NCBI GenBank assembly: GCA_903833275.1
Contig: CAILEP010000035.1
Coordinates: 41,602-105,601, forward strand
Origin: an uncultured Bdellovibrionales bacterium
GTDB taxonomy: Bacteria; Bdellovibrionota; Bdellovibrionia; Bdellovibrionales; UBA1609
DNA length: 64,000 nucleotides
Reading direction: 5' to 3'
Shown in pieces: positions 61,750 through 64,000 of the stretch. How positions within the stretch are numbered: the stretch's first letter is position 1; every line of letters begins with the position of its first letter. The notes under the pieces are model-generated. The model was not told where the DNA came from and searched no databases. It saw nothing but the letters and a program-made list of their open reading frames with translations. The translations under genes were made by a program, and so were the position numbers.

Positions 61750-62451
61750 ATGCCGAAATTTAAGCTACTCGCGATTGTAACTTTGATTGTCGTGAGCGCG
61801 GCCTCGCTCTACTTCTTGGGGCCGTATCTCAATTTCGCCACAGTGAAGGAGTATCAGGGGCAGATATTGCAAGTTTACGAAGGGCACAAAATTGAAAGCA
61901 TCGTTGGCTACTTTTTGGTTTACGTCGCTCTCACGGCCCTCTCTGTGCCGATCGCCTCAGCCCTGAGTCTGATTGCAGGAGTGGTGATGGGGGTCGGTTA
62001 TGGGGCGGCTGTTGTGTCGTTTGCGGCCACGTTTGGTTCGCTGCTGGCCTTTTGGCTGGTGCGCTATCTCGTGCGGGGTGCATTTACTAAGAGGCATGAT
62101 GAGTGGCTTGAGGGGCGATTGGGTAAATATAAGGCGCAGGCCGAGGCTGTTAAAAAAGGCGTTCGCGAAGAAGGGCGCTTTTATCTTTTTGCGCTTCGAT
62201 TGAACCCAATTGTGCCATTTTTTATTGTTAATATGGCGATGGGCCTTACTGATATTTCAGCATTTGATTTTTTCTGGGTGAGTTGGGTGGGGATGCTGCC
62301 CGGCACATGGCTTTACGTAAATGCCGGGGCCAAGATTGGCGCGATCGGCGCAGCGAGTGATATTTTATCGTTGAAGACGATTGTTTCACTCGCGGCACTG
62401 GGGTTGTTTCCGCTTCTCATGAAGAAACTAGCTCGATTCGGTAATTTCTAA
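61750..62451 (+). CDS. TVP38/TMEM64 (DedA-related) membrane protein
   Basis: 233 aa with 5-6 TM helices; 'LRLNPIVPFFIVNMAMGLT' is typical of the family. Confidence 0.75.
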   Translation: MPKFKLLAIVTLIVVSAASLYFLGPYLNFATVKEYQGQILQVYEGHKIESIVGYFLVYVALTALSVPIASALSLIAGVVMGVGYGAAVVSFAATFGSLLAFWLVRYLVRGAFTKRHDEWLEGRLGKYKAQAEAVKKGVREEGRFYLFALRLNPIVPFFIVNMAMGLTDISAFDFFWVSWVGMLPGTWLYVNAGAKIGAIGAASDILSLKTIVSLAALGLFPLLMKKLARFGNF

Positions 62452-63624
62452 GTCTTCGAGTGGGTACGAAACACAAGCGAGCCACTCGCCTTTTTGTTTT
62501 TCGGCAGTGGTGAGCCCGGCGTCGGTCAGCATTTTCACTCGGCCGTGGCCAGAGCAGCGGCAAGTCCCGCAAACGCCTACGCGACAAGCCGACGAAATAT
62601 TTTCAACCTGCTCTTCGAGAAACTCGAGAATTGTTTTTTGACCACTGTACTTAAGACTTTTGCCCTTAAATACGATACTGGCTTCGCGATGGGGCACTTG
62701 TTGCGAGTCAAGTTCAAGGGGTGAAACAAATTTCTCGAGGTGAATTCTTTTGTCACTGACACCGGAAGCTATTAATTCGGCGATAAGCGCCTCGGTCATA
62801 ACCGTGGGCCCGCAAAAAAAGAAATGAGCATCAGGGGCAATTGTCGTCTTGGACTTTATATAGGCGAGCTTAAGAAAGCCCCGGTCGAAAGTGGCATCAT
62901 CGGCGTTTGATAAAATAGTGAAATATCTAAGCCACGAGCAATTGCTTGTGAGCGTCTTGAGTTCAGAATGATACGCGAGGTCTTTTTGGGTTCGGGCGCC
63001 GTAAAACAAACTTACATTTGTGGGCATCTTTGACTCGCGCGTGGCGCGGGCTTGGTGCTCGTGCACCATCGACATAAAAGGCGTTAGGCCGATGCCGCCG
63101 GCGATATAAATTCTTTGAGTTGAAATTGGTAAATTATCGACGAAATGACCGGCCGGAGGGTGGGCGTCGACAAGGTCGCCGACTTTTAAGCTGTGAAACC
63201 AAGATGAGCCGACTCCGTTCGGGATTTTTTTAATGGCCACTGAAATGCGCGAGAGTTCATTCGGTGAGCTTGAAATTGAATAGGAGCGAGCCTTGACCGG
63301 CTTGTTGGTATCGGGTGTGCCGATCTGAAAGCTGATAAATTGCCCACCCAAGAACGGCGAGAACGGGAGACCGTTTTGGCGCTGAAATGTGAAAGATCGA
63401 ATATCGGGGGTGAGTTCTTTAATTTCGACGATATTCAAAGCTTCTCGTCGCGCCCAAACATCGGCGCCAAGGGTTGGGTCATTTAAGCGATTGCCCTTAA
63501 GTCGAGAATCGAGGCGCGCGCTAAGAGCACGAAAAATAAAGAGCAGTGAGAAAAAGGCGAAGACCGCAGCGGTTAAATTGGCAAAGCCTTGTGAACTGAT
63601 GTTTGTTGAAAGTGCACTAAGCAT
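62428..63624 (-). CDS. ferredoxin-NAD(P) reductase-type flavoprotein with a C-terminal plant-type 2Fe-2S domain
   Basis: FAD motif 'RSYSISS', NAD motif 'GGIGLTPF', and 2Fe-2S 'CRVGVCGTCRC', with an N-terminal TM helix. Confidence 0.8.
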   Translation of the reverse strand: MLSALSTNISSQGFANLTAAVFAFFSLLFIFRALSARLDSRLKGNRLNDPTLGADVWARREALNIVEIKELTPDIRSFTFQRQNGLPFSPFLGGQFISFQIGTPDTNKPVKARSYSISSSPNELSRISVAIKKIPNGVGSSWFHSLKVGDLVDAHPPAGHFVDNLPISTQRIYIAGGIGLTPFMSMVHEHQARATRESKMPTNVSLFYGARTQKDLAYHSELKTLTSNCSWLRYFTILSNADDATFDRGFLKLAYIKSKTTIAPDAHFFFCGPTVMTEALIAELIASGVSDKRIHLEKFVSPLELDSQQVPHREASIVFKGKSLKYSGQKTILEFLEEQVENISSACRVGVCGTCRCSGHGRVKMLTDAGLTTAEKQKGEWLACVSYPLEDLEITESS

Positions 63625-64000
63625 GACGCGACTCGGGCGCGGCGCCAGGGCCAGTTGAATCAGAGTGATTCAGGATTTCTTGAAACGAAAGGGCCTGAAC
63701 GGGGCAAATATCAATGCAGCCGCCGCAACCGATGCAGGGTGAGTTTTGTAAGCCGAAGTGACCTTTGATGGGCACTTTGTCTTTGTGGGCGTAGCTCGCC
63801 ACGTCGATACCCATTGGGCATTGTGTGGTGCAAAGATTCAGCCCTTTGCAATCGTCGTTCGCGATAACTTGAAAGCGTGATTTAGCATACTTACCGTAAA
63901 GGCGCATGCCGGCGGCGAGTGGGCAGCCGTAGCGGCACCAAATGCGACTGCCAAGAAATGGGTAAGCGCCAATGCCGATCAGCGCGCCAAACATTAGGTC
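63617..64000 (-). CDS. 4Fe-4S cluster protein (NapH/MauN-like), 5' end outside the window
   Basis: 'CTTQCPMGIDV' and 'CIGCGGCIDICP'. The frame remains open to base 64000. It overlaps the downstream reductase gene by 8 nt. Confidence 0.6.
   Translation of the reverse strand, partial: DLMFGALIGIGAYPFLGSRIWCRYGCPLAAGMRLYGKYAKSRFQVIANDDCKGLNLCTTQCPMGIDVASYAHKDKVPIKGHFGLQNSPCIGCGGCIDICPVQALSFQEILNHSDSTGPGAAPESRHA

Overview
A 64-kb chromosomal window of about 50% G+C from a Gram-negative bacterium. The gene content (a giant fibre adhesin, many signal-peptide hydrolases, a CHASE2 cyclase, HD-GYP, LptD) suggests a Bdellovibrionota/Oligoflexia-type predator, but that is inference only. The window falls into three blocks. 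(1) 1-14.3 kb is housekeeping: BatD tail, Slt and MltD/LysM lytic transglycosylases, Mrp/ApbC, GT2, cysteine desulfurase, acyl-CoA dehydrogenase, a eukaryote-type (class 2) AdoMetDC next to spermidine synthase, a TrmH-like methyltransferase, QueF and tRNA-Arg(TCG). (2) 14.3-30.2 kb is an accessory, partly decayed region directly 3' of the tRNA. It holds a minus-strand cluster ending in a 1982-aa repeat fibre protein, preceded by a FecR/proline-rich/beta-barrel envelope protein. It also holds an XRE regulator, a serine hydrolase, an AbiEi/AbiEii pair whose toxin carries an in-frame TAA, an orphan single fibre module, a catalytic-domain-less serine-recombinase remnant, a 125-bp inverted-repeat element, an AT-rich AAA_14/DUF4143 ATPase, and LysR and beta-carbonic-anhydrase gene fragments with a 12-bp tandem repeat. 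(3) 30.2-64 kb is mostly core: MFS, TerC, patatin, TrhO, HD-GYP, ABC-2 transporter, ffh, rpsP-KH-rimM-trmD-rplS-rnhB-yraN, lptD, CHASE2 cyclase, STAS, and an FNR-like/4Fe-4S pair. It also contains what I consider the most unusual locus. This is a signal-peptide-bearing 1407-aa protein with three Clp-like AAA+ modules fused to an FtsH/M41-type protease domain, followed 8 nt later by a Cas4-like PD-(D/E)XK nuclease (33.0-38.1 kb). I saw no rRNA, no CRISPR array, and no intact transposase or integrase. All family calls come from motif recognition by eye, and no database searches were run.
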